From contig NC_086106.1 of assembly GCF_963921235.1 (NCBI RefSeq), forward strand, positions 34,596,001 through 34,660,000: a stretch of DNA of 64,000 bases, written 5' to 3'. This DNA is from Mobula hypostoma (lineage: Eukaryota). Both the position numbers and the translations under genes were made by a program. The notes under the pieces are model-generated. The model made no database searches and was not told the DNA's origin. It was given only the letters and a program-made list of their open reading frames with translations. Below, piece after piece: positions 48,855-61,377 of the stretch (position 1 is its first letter; every line of letters begins with the position of its first letter).

Positions 48855-49737
48855 TGTTACGTAACCGGCAACAACGAATATCAGTCGAGAGAGGTAATAT
48901 AAAAACAACTAAACATTTATTGAACACAGATAAACAATAAAAATTACAAACGAAAACCTTAACCGGAAGTTAACCGCTAGGCAGCCATTTAACAGATCGT
49001 CACTCGGCACTGGTTCTTAAAGCGTTAAATGCGCAAACAGTTTTTAAAGCGGTAAAGTCAGATATAGTTCTTAAAATGGTAAATTCGAAAGTCCAACAGA
49101 TTTATACGTGCAATTGGGAGAGACTTCTCTAGAGAAGGATTTCTTCATAGGCGCGATTTTCCTGTTGGTTCTGTTCAAATGATTCACGATGCAGGAAATG
49201 AAAAGTTTAAAATAACTGACCTTAAATTCTGGAGAGCAAACCTTTGCATGAACTACATTTATCTTTTGACAAGAGTTATATTGATACAGGTCGCTACTCC
49301 TTCAACGAGGACTCAATAAGGTCGATCCTTTGTTAAACTGCCGAACGATACCGAATCCTTTCAATCCTTCGGGTCCTGTACTTCGATAAAGTCTTTGCTC
49401 TCCCGTACTACTGCTGGAAAAATGTACATCTACACATCCAGCAAAAATGGCCAATCCAGCACTATTGTACCTTGCAACGGAACGTTACACTCCCTTTTAA
49501 AAAAAGAAACTGCGTCATACAATAAACACGCAACAGAAACGGAGACACAGACGCACGTTCTAGCTGGGAAACTAAAAACTAAAAAACTAACTGCGTCATC
49601 TAGGGTCTCCCTGATATACCCGTGGTGCCCATGTCATCACGTGACCTCACATCGGCGGGAAAATTACATCAGGTGACCTCCAAAAGACCATCATTCTCAC
49701 ACAAAAAAAATCACAGATCTCTTTAAGATATGTAACA
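48855..49737 (-). mobile_element. Solo LTR (883 bp, Gypsy-like)
   Basis: Ends tgttac...gtaaca (perfect 6-bp inverted ends, TG..CA); flanks gtgc / gtgt (4-bp TSD, 1 mismatch); AATAAA on the minus strand near 48913. No internal coding region. Confidence 0.8.
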
Positions 49738-49824
49738 GTGTTAACTAGTGTTCCACGGGGACTGGTACTGGGATCCTTTGTGTTTCAATATGTCATGACT
49801 GTGTATTAAGAATTAGTGTTAAAT

Positions 49825-50500
49825 TACAAAGTTCAAGTTTCAAGGTAAATTTATTATAAAAAAAACATATATCGGCATATAGAACTCTGAGATTCGTTTC
49901 CTTGTGTGCATTCTCAGTAAATCCAAGAAACAACAGAATCAATAAAAGATTGCACCCAACAGGATGAACAACCAACCAATGTTCAAAATGGACCAAACTA
50001 TGCAAATACAAAGGGGAAAAATAAAGAAATTATCATGATAAGAGTCATTGAAAGTGAATCATTGAGTTGTGGGAACGGTTCGGTGATGGGGTGAGTGAAG
50101 TTGAGTGAAGCTATACCAATTGGTTCAACAGCCTGATGGTTGAGAGATAATAACTGTTCGTGAACCTTTTGGCTTGTGTCCTGAGGCTCCTGTACCTTCT
50201 TCCTGATGACAGCAGCGAGACGAGAGCATGGTCTGGGAGGGTGGGGGTCCTTGATGATGGATGCTGCCTTCCAGCGACAGCTCTCCAGGTATTTGTGCTG
50301 AATGGTGGGGAGCGTTTTACCCTTGATAGACTGGGTCGTATCCATTACCTTTCTTAAGGCTTACCGTTAAAGGACGTTGCTGTTTCTGTACCAGGTCGTG
50401 ATGCAACCAGTCAATATATTTTCCACCACAGATCTACAGAAGTTTGTCAAAGTTTTAGATAACATGCCGAATCTTCTCAAACTTCTAAAAAAAATGGAGG
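49825..50500 (-). mobile_element. Rex1/Babar LINE 3' fragment
   Basis: Minus ORF 49998-50345 TLPTIQHKYLESCRWKAASIIKDPHPP...; tail aagttcaag...aaatttattat. Confidence 0.8.
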
Positions 50501-50570
50501 CACCTCAGACTGCCGAAGTGAGAATTTAAAATTATCGGTGAACATCTCAGCCAGTTGATCATCACAGGTT

Positions 50571-51209
50571 TGTAACACTCAGCCAGGTGACCCATCTGTG
50601 GTCTGTGTGAGTTCGTGAAGGATCATCCATGTTTTGATGGTCAAGTGAACATAGAATACGCTGAGCCCATCCGGGTACTAAGCTTTTGTCAGTACCTCCA
50701 GTTGAACTTTGTCTTATTGTGCGTTTTCCCCCTAGCCGGCAGTCTGTGGTTTGGTATTGCCATGTGCTCTTGTTTGTTTTCATGCCCCATGTGTTCCTGT
50801 CCCAGCTCCTGCTCTACTCCGGCCCCTGTATTACTGAGTACTCCGCCTCTCACCTGTTTCTCTTTACTATCTATTTTGCTGCCACTTCTGTCGCGTTGTG
50901 CTCCACCTATCATCTGCCTCTCTGTGTATTGCTCAGTGTATTTCAGTCCTGTGTTTTCACCTGATTGTTGCCAGACTGTGGCAGTGAATTTTCCTGAGCC
51001 TTTCCAGCATTCGTATCTGAACTCTGTCCGTCTGAATATCGACTCTGCCTGTTTCCCCGATTCTGGTTTTTGGATTTCTTTGGACTTTTTGATCTCTGCC
51101 TGAACTTTGACGTCGACTTTGTTTGCATCTCGGGATTTGTTACTCAATTAACAGTACTGTGTGCACAGTGCAGGGTCTGCGATTGAATCACTGCTCCAGC
51201 GTCCCGACA
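50571..51209 (+). mobile_element. Solo LTR (639 bp)
   Basis: tgtaaca...cccgaca (TG..CA); flanks aggtt / acgtt (5-bp TSD, 1 mismatch); non-coding. Confidence 0.7.
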
Positions 51210-51522
51210 ACGTTGTTATTACAAATGTCGCCTTGTTTTCTCTTTGTAAGAGGAAATGACATTAAATCCTTGCCACAGTGGTCGAGCATCCTTCCGTGGG
51301 TCAAGTTTGGTACGAAATTGCCACGATTTGCCGTGAAATGGCTTTCCGGAGATTGTAGGTGAACCTTTTGTATTTTACTTGGTCGCTAGACCTGAATGCC
51401 ACTGATCTGGCCCTCAGCAGATTGCGGATCTCGTGGTTTCTACAGGGCTTCTGATTGGGCATAGTTGTCTTCAAAAAAACTTGAATGAAATCTGTGACTA
51501 AGATTTGTTCGCTTATAGTGGT

Positions 51523-51527
51523 TGTGT

Positions 51528-51579
<52 letters not shown>
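51523..51579. repeat. (TG)n microsatellite
   Basis: Nearly pure TG run with one interruption. Confidence 0.95.
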
Positions 51580-51580
<1 letters not shown>

Positions 51581-52549
51581 GGGGGGTGGTTGTGCTGCTA
51601 ACGGGGCTGTTGGCATTGGTTAATGGTTAAATTGTCTCTCTATTGGAGACATATAAAAGTAAAAACACACTTTTAAGATAAAGGAAGTAAAAGGGTGAAA
51701 AGATTTCAGGGGATCTAGATTGATTTTATCTCTAAGGGAATGTCGATGGCCTAGAATTCAGTGTCCAAAGGGAGCGGTGAATCAGAGTCGTTGACAACAT
51801 TTAAAATGTATCTGGAGGAGCACAGGAACGATCTCTGGGGCTTTGAGCCGAGTGCTGGAAAGTGGGATTAATACGGACAAGTACTCACTGGTTAGCATGG
51901 CCCTGTAACATTGCTTCCCACATTGTCACCAAGCACGACCTTGAAAGAACGAACTATGGGTTTGTGCCTGATGGCGGCACTGTTGGAAAACAAATATTAC
52001 GTTTAAGTTCCTTCACCTGCCTTCTACAACCGCGAAAACCCCAATTTCCGCCGCGCATCCCCCTTTGGCTCATCTGACCCAGTCCAGAATACTTACCACA
52101 TCACTCGTCCTATCCTTGAAAACCAGACAGACAGTTTTAAAATTCTTGTCTCTCTTCTCAGCTTTCTTTCCGATCTTATCCTTCCGATCTCTGTGAACTC
52201 TGACTCTGTCAATCTCCAAACCACGTTCAGTTCCCCGATCATCTCCCACTGATCATCCCCATACCTTGTCATGCTACAATTATCTTTTAAATGTCGAAGC
52301 CGTCCAATTCCTTCAATGAACGTTGTGCTTTCTTAACACGGCCGCTATCTTTAAAAAAAGAACTACCCCATTACTCTAGCTTGTGTAAATATCTTCTAAT
52401 GATTCAGTATGAATTGACTACGATTCCGAGTAGCACACTGAGCGTAGAACATGGACACAGAACTGAGCAGCCCTTGGCACAAATGTTGTGCCGATCTATA
52501 TCAATCTACTGCACCGTCGATCCCATAACCCTTCATTTACTTAAGTGAA

Positions 52550-53328
52550 CAGTAGATTCCGCTTAATTAGGACGCAGCGGGACCAGTACAGTTTGGCCCA
52601 ATTGAGTGGCTGTCCCAATTAGTGGAAGGTTCATGGAAATATTTTAAAACATATAAAAAAGGCAAACTACGTGTTAAATGAGTAACAAATTATTCAAATC
52701 AAACGCGTCACAAATTAGAGCACTAATAATGCTACTACAGTACTATAACATTTTAGTTCGTAGGAATTATAATCGTAGGAATTCATCCACACTGTATGCT
52801 GCCCTATTCTTTTGATTGACTGTGAACATATCAGCGTAGGCACCTCGTGTAGATAATGGACTGCGTTAATACAATGCACTCGAAACATTCAAGATAATTG
52901 TCGAAACCTTCAAATTCTTCGTATTTTCTAATTGTTGAAGTAGTCAAATTGTTTCATTTTCACTCCCGGCCGTCTCCACTGCTGAATACTTGAAACCGCA
53001 GCGAGCAATGCATTTCCGAATTGTTTTCCTGCTTACTTCTGACCAGCTAACAGCGGCAATAAAACAGTGCTTCATGGACACAAACGCACACAACAGACGC
53101 TAATAAAAACTGCTCGGTCTAAGCACAATGTTCGCCACACAAGTGTACGCGACTGACCCTAGTTAGAAACTTTGGCAACAATCTCGTGTCTCAGTAAACT
53201 TGGATAGAGTGCTAAATAAATGAAGTGAAACCCGGCTGATGTTTTCGAACAGCTTTTGTTCCTTCAGAATTGTCCCAAATAAGCTGCTGCCCCGATTAAG
53301 CAATGACCCATTTAACCATAATCCACCG
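52550..53328. mobile_element. Non-autonomous Tigger/pogo-like DNA transposon
   Basis: TIRs cagtagattccgcttaattagg / rc cggtggattatggttaaatggg (15/22), TA after the right end (53329-53330), internal gtcccaa/ttgggac subterminal repeats. Confidence 0.65.
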
Positions 53329-53329
53329 T

Positions 53330-54345
53330 ATGTGCCTATCTGGGAGTCTCTAAATGTTCCTCTTGACCACCATCGCAGGCAGAGCTTTCCAAGCACCCAT
53401 CACTCTCAAAGAAAACATAAAAACAATCTCTGGCATCTCTCCGAATCTTTACTCTACTCTGCTTCCACGTATGTCCTCTAGTACTGGCCATTGCCTCACT
53501 GAGAAATGGGCTCTCTATGCTTCTCGTAACCGGAAACGCCTCTCATCCACCTTCGCTCCATAGAGGAAAGCCCTATATCGCACATGCATGCTCTCCAATC
53601 CAGGCTGGATTCTGTTAAATTTTCTCTGCACCCTCTCTAAAGCTTCCACATCCTTCCTATACTGAAGTAAGCAGAACTAAACTTGCTTTATTATAGAAAA
53701 GTCGTGGAAGCTTTAAATGTGGTGTAACCAGAGTTTTCTAGGGATCCAACACAGCTGTGATTACCTCACAACTCCTGAAAAAAATCCTCAGTCCAACGTC
53801 CATCTGCCATTTTTCCACCCAGCTCTGCATTCTGCCTGTATCTCGTTGTTGCCTACAAGAAACTTTTCCACTAATCACAACACCGCCAGTGTTTGTGTCA
53901 TCTACAAACTTACTAACGCACCCTTCCACTTCCTCACCCGTCTCCTTTGCAAACATACTAACTCACCGTTCCTCCTCCACACCCATCTCCTTTGCAAATG
54001 TACTAACTTGCTCTTCCACTTCTTCATCTATATTAAAAAACACAAACTGTAGGTGTCACAGACAATCCCTATGGAAAACCACTCATCACCAACCTCCAGG
54101 AAGAATACCCTCTATGTTCCACCACGCTCTGACTTCTACCGGATAGCCAAATCTATTCCGTGCAGCTAAGCTTCCATGGATTCCACGTCTCACGTCTGTC
54201 TGGAAAAAGCCTGCTTTGAGGAATCTTGTCAAATACATTTCTAAAATCCATATACAACACATGCACGTCTCTATCTTCATTATCTTTGTCATAACCCTCA
54301 AACATGCTCGTGAGGCGCGATTTCCCCCTCATAAAGCCAACAAGG
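53330..54345 (-). mobile_element. CR1 RT-to-3' fragment
   Basis: Minus ORF pieces GFMRGKSRLT, YMDFRNVFDKIP, VSKFVDDTNTGGVV. Confidence 0.85.
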
Positions 54346-55189
54346 TTTCGTAACAAAAATTCCACCGGATCCTGTTGTGACCGAACGAATGAACCATTGC
54401 ACGAACTTTTTAAACTGAACTTCATTCGCTCATGTTATGATTTTGTGACACAAATTATTTTAACCCTGACTTTCATACGACAATATTTGATAATAGTTTC
54501 AATTAAAAAACAATCATTTTGGTGAATGTATCCAAATATCAAATAGTATATTACGAAGCGCATTGCAATAGCAATTTACAAGTGCCACTCGTTCACTTTA
54601 ATTCAAATCTGGTTAAAATTTATTTAAATTTTCTGGATACACATAAACCATCTGTTTAAGTTACTGATTACATTTAATCGACAACGATAAGCAAACAACT
54701 TGATTAAATTTATTAACGGACGATTAAGGTAGAATATTTAATTAATTTGTAATAGCCATATTTAAAATTAATTACACTGGTTTAATAATTTCCGTTTTTT
54801 TGTAACACAGCAAAATCTCCAGAAGGTTATTTGATTGATCCTTTGCCTCAAAAGACGTTGCTTGTCTGAGTTGAATCTTTACCTTATTTCCTTTACTTAT
54901 CATGCGGATTTAATTAGCATTGTGGTTCGGTTTTATCAATAGTCAGTGTAGCATTGAAATAGATACAATATTAACAAAAGAAAAGTATTTGTAGGCATAT
55001 GAATTTTAGACCGGAATTTTCAATGGTTAAAAAAGCAGTCAATTAGCATTATACTGAAATCTCGTTGTTGACATTCTGACAATAATATGTCAGAGTATTA
55101 TAATTAGTTTTACTATAATAAGTCATCCTGTAGGAAGAAAGTAAAGCTGGTTCTACTTTGGAGCACAGCATGTTCATTTGGTTACAACG

Positions 55190-55510
55190 CACAGAAAATG
55201 CTGGCAGAACTCAGCAGGCCAGGCAACATCCATGGACAGAAGTAAACACTCGATGTTTCGGGCAAAAACCATTTATTAGGTCTGGGAAGGAAGGGGAGAA
55301 GTTAGAATAAGAGGCTGAGAAGAGGGGAAGAAGCAGTACAAGATGGCTGGTGATAGGAGACACGGGGACGGGGAAGGTTTCTAGTAAAGATCCAGGAAGT
55401 TGATTGGTGAAAGAGATAAAGGGCTGAAGAAGGGGAAATCTGATAGGAGAGGACAGAATACCGTGGGAGAAAGGGAAGGTGGATGTTCACTAAAGGGGAC
55501 TGATTGACAG
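55190..55510 (-). mobile_element. Penelope-like terminal repeat remnant
   Basis: cagaaaatgctggcagaactcagcaggccaggcaacatc...gatgtttcgggc, then a purine-rich tract. Confidence 0.8.
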
Positions 55511-56384
55511 GTAATTGTTTGCTTTATTTGAGGTCTTGAATATACATTATGTGATTGGGCACCATCCAATGTATTAGCGCCAGAAAAGCATTGTAATTTA
55601 TTCGGAACTGCCTACACGCAGCGTATGGAATAGCTACTCTCGTGGCAAAGAATCAATAGGCATGAACAGAAGTCGTAATCAGTATATTCCTTTGTAGAAT
55701 TCCTGTCTGAGAGAATCACTTAACTGGAACAATGCAATTACTTCCAAAATCCAGTAGATCTCCTTTAAGTTTTGTTATTCGTGCAATTCCTTTATAATAT
55801 TGTCACGTGGTTTGCTAGTTATAATCACGCACCCTCCAACATGATTTTTATTTTATAAAGGAAGGTAACTGACTAAACTGCAGGACACACAGAATTATAG
55901 TTTGCTTAATTCAGTAGCCTTTTCTTAGTGCAGAACCTTGAGTATAAACATTATTTTGAAATGCAGACAATAGAGAAGATACGAAGAGTCAGTTCGAAAC
56001 AACTCCTAAGTTTTCCTTTGTCAGTGAATATGGATAGTAGGAGAGGGCACCACTTGTAAGGTCAGACTAAACTGATAGATTTGTTGAGGTATGAAATTGG
56101 AATACCTGATTGCAAGGTGCATTTAATTCTTTGACATTTGTGGTAGATTCCAATCTTTCACTGCTGGACAATTATTTCACCACAGTTTATTTTACTTTAT
56201 TCAGAGGAATACACTTTGCATTTCATTACTTTGCAACTGTTCTGTGAAATTTCAATAGAAACCAGTCATTGACATAGCAGAAATCAGAATTAAACTGATA
56301 GGATAAAGAGAAACAAAATTATAAATTCACACACACAGCATCAATGCTATTATAAATGCAGCGGTCTGATGTTATCATCTACAC

Positions 56385-56510
56385 TAGAGATTCTGCAGAT
56401 ACTGAAAATTCAGAGCAACATGCAAAATGCTGGAGGAGCTCAGCAGGTCAGGCAGCATCTATGGAGCAGAATAACGATCGACTTTACGGCCCGAGACCTT
56501 CATCAGGACG
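56385..56510 (-). mobile_element. Penelope-like 3' terminus with degenerate hammerhead
   Basis: rc gtcctgatgaaggtctcgggccgtaaagtcgatc...gctgcctgacctgctgagctcctccagcatttt. Confidence 0.85.
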
Positions 56511-56589
56511 GATACCATTAGTTGGATGTCTTCATTTGACTTCGGGTCCATGCAAACAAAAGCTGAATCTGCGTCTGCGTCAGCATTCT

Positions 56590-56598
56590 CTACTTTAC
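56590..56598 (-). pseudogene. IgNAR: Probable IgNAR TM2 mini-exon, copy B (V-K-stop)
   Basis: ggattctctgttcgtgttctctcattacag|GTA AAG TAG, downstream of and on the same strand as the C exons. V-K-stop is the canonical Ig heavy-chain TM2 coding content. Confidence 0.6.
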
Positions 56599-57984
56599 CT
56601 GTAATGAGAGAACACGAACAGAGAATCCAGTGAACTTCCGAGAGAGGCAAACTGTCAAACCGACCGAATGGATCGAAAGAGTACAATAACAAAATAAAAT
56701 GTTTTAATATTTTCCTTGTAAATTGTTTGATTTATTATCAGCTAGAGGCTGCATTTTTACAGGAAAAAGATTGTTCGATGGGCTCGTTTCGTCTCTATGT
56801 TTCCACTCAACAACTGATGCGTCACATGTCAGATGTGAAGGAGTTGGTGTATTTTACCGTTTGCTACTTAATCTGACACCTGGTGCCGCGTGGTGTAATG
56901 TCTGTGACTGTTCATATTTTCTTTAACCCGCCTCAATGAACTAACACTCTAAAATACACTGTTTACAGCTTTACATATTATTTCCGTGAGCAAGAACCAC
57001 TATCTGCGTTAAACACAAAGAATGAATTGTCCCTTGACATGTTTTGAACTGTTGTGTCGTTGGTCAGCACCGCTGGACGTAAAAGGAGGAATATTGCAAA
57101 ACAAGGCTGTAAGTGATCAAGGTGTGTTATGGAGCACTCGGCTTCATTACACAATAGATAGATGTCGAAAAGTATAAGGTGCGCCCGAAGGCACTCTTTG
57201 AATAATGCCCACATTTTTAGTCTGCATAATGAAGGACAACTTTTTTTTTGCACTGAAAATACGGCAAACGTTTAGTAGTTTCTTCATTGGAATGAGTAAC
57301 TTGCCTCACGAGCAAGAATTGAAAGGATTGCAATTACACATAATGGAGTTCAGAATCATGTACGCTGATGTTTTGAAGCAAATAAAATCGTATTGTGCAT
57401 GATGAAGATGAATATTGTGAAAGTTTCCACGCATGAGTGACCTACAACAAAGAGAAACATACACAAAATTAAGTAGGAACTCAGCAGGTTAGACAGCATC
57501 TATGGACAGGAATAAATAACTGCGGTCCTGACCATCGACTCTACATTCCTCTCCATAAATAATGCCTGACCTGCTAGCATTGTTTGTCTAGTTTGTCTAG
57601 CATTTACTATGTGTTACACTGGATACCATCATAAGCAGAATCCTGTGTTTATAATCTGCAGCTAAGGGATACCTTTTCTGAATAAAGAGCAACCGTGGAC
57701 TGAAAAAAAGGTTCGAGGATATGTTACAGAGTACAGATCATTGTGTATATTGGAGATCCCGTATTTGCACCAAGTAGACTGGAAAACCCGAATGTATTGA
57801 TAATGAGATCACCTACGATCTCAATGAATGACAGTTCGGGAGTTTGATCGGTCCACTCATTTTTCTATATTGTATCTTCCTGTTTTTTTTTGTTTTTTGT
57901 TTTTTTTTATCGTGACTAACTTATCTGGTCGTATTCCGTTTTGAGCCTTCTGGTGAATGTTTCAATATACAATTCTCATAGAGC

Positions 57985-58140
57985 AAGGGCGGCTGTGGTC
58001 AAAACAACGCTTTACACTACCAGCGACCAGCGTTCAATTTCTGCCGCCGTCCTGTAAGAAAATTTTACGTTCTCCACCTTGACCGCGTGGGTTTCCCTTG
58101 TGTCTCCGGTTTTCACCCACACTCCGGTTGCTTGATTAAT
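57985..58140 (+). mobile_element. V-SINE-like repeat
   Basis: tRNA-like head and V-domain-like cgcgtgggtttcccttgtgtctccggttttcacccacactcc. Confidence 0.65.
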
Positions 58141-58850
58141 AGATAGATAGATAGATAGACAGACGTATTTTATTGATCTCGAGGGAAATTGGGTTTCGTT
58201 ACAGCTGCACCAACCAAGAATAGAGCATAAATATAGCAATACAAAAACCACAAACAATCAAATAGCAATATGCAAACATTGCCAGATGGAAATTAGTCAT
58301 TGTAAATTGTTCCGTGATTAAGCCAGGCGCAGCTGCGCAGATCAATCGGTAATTTAAATTGCATGAACGATGTCCTGAGTTTTAGGCAATAACCTCCATT
58401 CAAAAATAATAGGACTAAATACCAAATATGACAGCATTACGGTGCACGGGACAACGCGTTCCGGTTCCCATGAGTACAATTGAAAGGAATGTTGGGTCGG
58501 TGATAAGACGCACAGAATCATCATTACTGGCAGCTACGCTGAACGTAATCCGCATTGCAATGTAGAAGTTGAAATTTTAAATAATGACAACAATGAAGCA
58601 TAACTCTATGACGGTGGTGTCTGAAAAGAGGATGCTGCGGAAGTTGCATGTCATCTTGGACAATGTCTCCCATGCACGACGTAATGTACTGGTTGGGCAC
58701 AGGAGTACATTTAGCCAGAGACTCATTCCACCGAGATAGGAAGTCATTCCTAGATTTTATTTCTATTTAATTATTTACGGCGAGACTGTAACGAAAACCA
58801 ATTTCCCCCGGGATCAATAACGTATGACTATGACTATGACTATGACTATA
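58138..58850. repeat. LINE 3' remnants with microsatellite tails: (GATA)n 58138-58162 and (TATGAC)n 58823-58849
   Basis: tttattgatc..gagggaaatt beside (GATA)n, and aatttcccccgggatcaataa before (TATGAC)n. Confidence 0.6.
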
Positions 58851-60074
58851 ATGACACAGTATATCACTATGGAAACGAACACATGAAAATTCTTCAGTTA
58901 TAAATCACGAAATGTTGGACGCACTGAGCAGGCTACGCACAGCGGCGCAAAACGGGAAAAAGCTAACGTTTTGAGTCCAAAACCACTCGTCTGGACAGGG
59001 TGGAGACGAATTAGTTAATGCGACAGCTAAAAGCCGATTATGCCACTTTCTCATAGGCGTTGCCAACAGCGGGGCCATGGATTGTGCCCAGCAGGCTAGG
59101 CTGTACTAATGGAGAGAACAAAATTTGAAGGAAATCACAGATGGATTACTGATAGAAATGGTCATTTCTGGTGAAAAATGAAAGTGTTAACTATACGAAG
59201 CTGGATAATTTGACTTTTCAGGCGCGAGAGAAGATCGAGTGAAACGTGTGCAATAAGTGTACTTTTTTCTGACGGTGTGAAATAATGTAGTCTTTACGAT
59301 CAGACAATAAGAACAGAAAATGAAGGAAGGAAAGGTATGAAAACAAAGATTGAGTTTAGAGCACAGAAACGGGCCCTTCAGCCCACTTCGCTCCGAGAGA
59401 CCCACCTATGCTCATCCAACATTACTCGCATTGGTGTACAGCATTCGACACCTTTTCCAGACAAGTAATTACTTTGAGAAGGTTCCGGGATAATTTGGAG
59501 GGATGTGGACTAGAAAATAAATTGCTAATATTTAGATGTTTGAATGTAAGGTGGAAAACCTGAGGATATCAACTTAGGAGAAATGAATAGAACGATAGCG
59601 TATTCTATGAATAGACAGAGACTGAAAAGTGTTGGGGTTCATAGTGGTCTGCGTGTTCTTTTACGTAAAGCATTGAATATCAAGAGCAGGTTGTTACAGT
59701 TTCTTTTAAATATTGTCTGGAACTAATGCCGTAGAAATTTCACTTTCACTTGCCACATAGATCTTCCCGCAATAATACGTGGACAGCTTCATTTGATGAG
59801 GAGTTGTGATTAGATTTGAGCAATATACATCATAAACAACCATATGTCCTTATCATGGGAAGGAGTTAAAATTCATGAAGTTGCTGAAGGGTATTTAAGA
59901 ACTGCCCTGAGAATCTAATACGATGATGTCCTTGCGCCTGTATAATGATTTTCATCATTTCCTTTGGTGCAATTTATGGCTTCAACCATTGCCAACCGAC
60001 AACACAACGCCAAGGTAGCGCAGAGGCAGAGCGACGTTATGACAGGTCGGAGCGTTCTGGAGTTCGGAGCTCAA

Positions 60075-60860
60075 TGCCGGTGCCATTCTGCAAGAGGTCA
60101 GTAAGTACTCCCGGCGGAATGCATTGGTTTTCCCGGATGCTCCGCTTTCCTCACACAATCAAGAGACCGACCGGGTAGGTTAATTAGTCATTGTATATTG
60201 CCTCTTGATTAGGATATGGTTAATTGGGGTTGTGCAGCTGCTGGGGCGGCGTGCCTGGAATAGCCAGAATGGCCTACTCCGCGTTGTATCGCTAAATAAA
60301 TGAAACGTATCTCGCTGTATAATGAGATCTAATTGTCCAAATGACTGACACAACTTCCTGTAGACTACATTCCAGTTTTCCGTAAAAACGGCTATAGTCT
60401 GAACTCCCTACAGCGTGGAATGAACAGTCCTTGTAGATATTCGTGGATGGCATTGTGCGTTGTTGTGAGATCGGTGCCGAGAATCATCAACACCACGCGA
60501 GATAAAAATAAAGTGGCCATAAATGTGGATTCACTCTCCTCACCGAGAGGCATATCTATTTTCCTATTCCATCGAAGATGTATCTATCTATCTATCTATC
60601 TATCTACCTACCTATCTATCTATCTGTCTAGCTATCAATTTATTTACTTACTTATTTAGGGATATATGCAGAATAGGCCCTTCCGGCCATTCGGGCCGCA
60701 CCGCCAGCAAGGCCCGATATAACCCTGGCCTAATTACTGGACAATTCAGAATGACCAACAAACCTACCACCCGGTACGTCTTTAGGCTGTGGAAGGAAAC
60801 CGGAGTACCAGGAGGAAACCCATGTACTCCACGGGAGAATGTACAACTTCTTACAGAGGA
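60075..60860. mobile_element. Two V-SINE-like copies (plus 60075-60295; minus 60655-60860) with (TATC)n at about 60583-60630
   Basis: ggttttcccggatgctccgctttcctcacac and rc ggaaaccggagtaccaggaggaaaccca. Confidence 0.65.
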
Positions 60861-61377
60861 CGTTTCTCACCCAATTATTCACGCCGGTCGTGTCGGAGAC
60901 CCATCACTAAATCAGCACTCTATCATTTGCGAGTTATTAGTATGCTAATTCTTATCTATTGATCCTATTGCATTTGACCTTAAATAAGTCTGTTTACAAG
61001 TGTGGTCGATTGGTTTATGATCTTAGAATTAAATTAGAAACGCCAAGAATGGCTCCGTTTATAGTGTCATTCATCAATTAATATTTATACACGTTCTTCC
61101 AGCTTTACCTTATTGAGACCCGATTGGTGAGGCATTTTAACATTATAGTTCAGTTTGTCTCCGCATGTTCAACAGAAATCCGATTATATAACAGTAATTT
61201 TAGTTGACGCTCACATATGTTATTGTATCAGATCGTCGGAGAGGTCTGATTACTAATACAGTACTACAGTAATGATCGTTTCAATCTGCTCATTGCCGAC
61301 CTTCTGTTGTATTTTTATCTCTTGACTGGAAAGTAAAGCACGGAATGGATGTGAGCCTTTTGACAAATTGTGCTTAC

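Larger units (their letters stand above)
43220..57070. repeat. Segmental duplication copy B (IgNAR TM region + 3' flank), interrupted by TEs
   Basis: Same eight colinear anchors as copy A, in the same orientation. Confidence 0.85.

Noticed and set aside
60392-60553. Short minus ORF MPLGEESESTFMATLFLSRVVLMILG... as candidate TM1
   Set aside because: No K|GT donor, no CART-like FLLSxFY pattern, no clear acceptor.
61253-61377. Read-through of C3 (SKHNLSKG...IITVVLY*) as a possible secretory tail
   Set aside because: No resemblance to the Ig secretory tailpiece (no N-glycan site with penultimate Cys), and a good GTAAGC donor is present at 61377.
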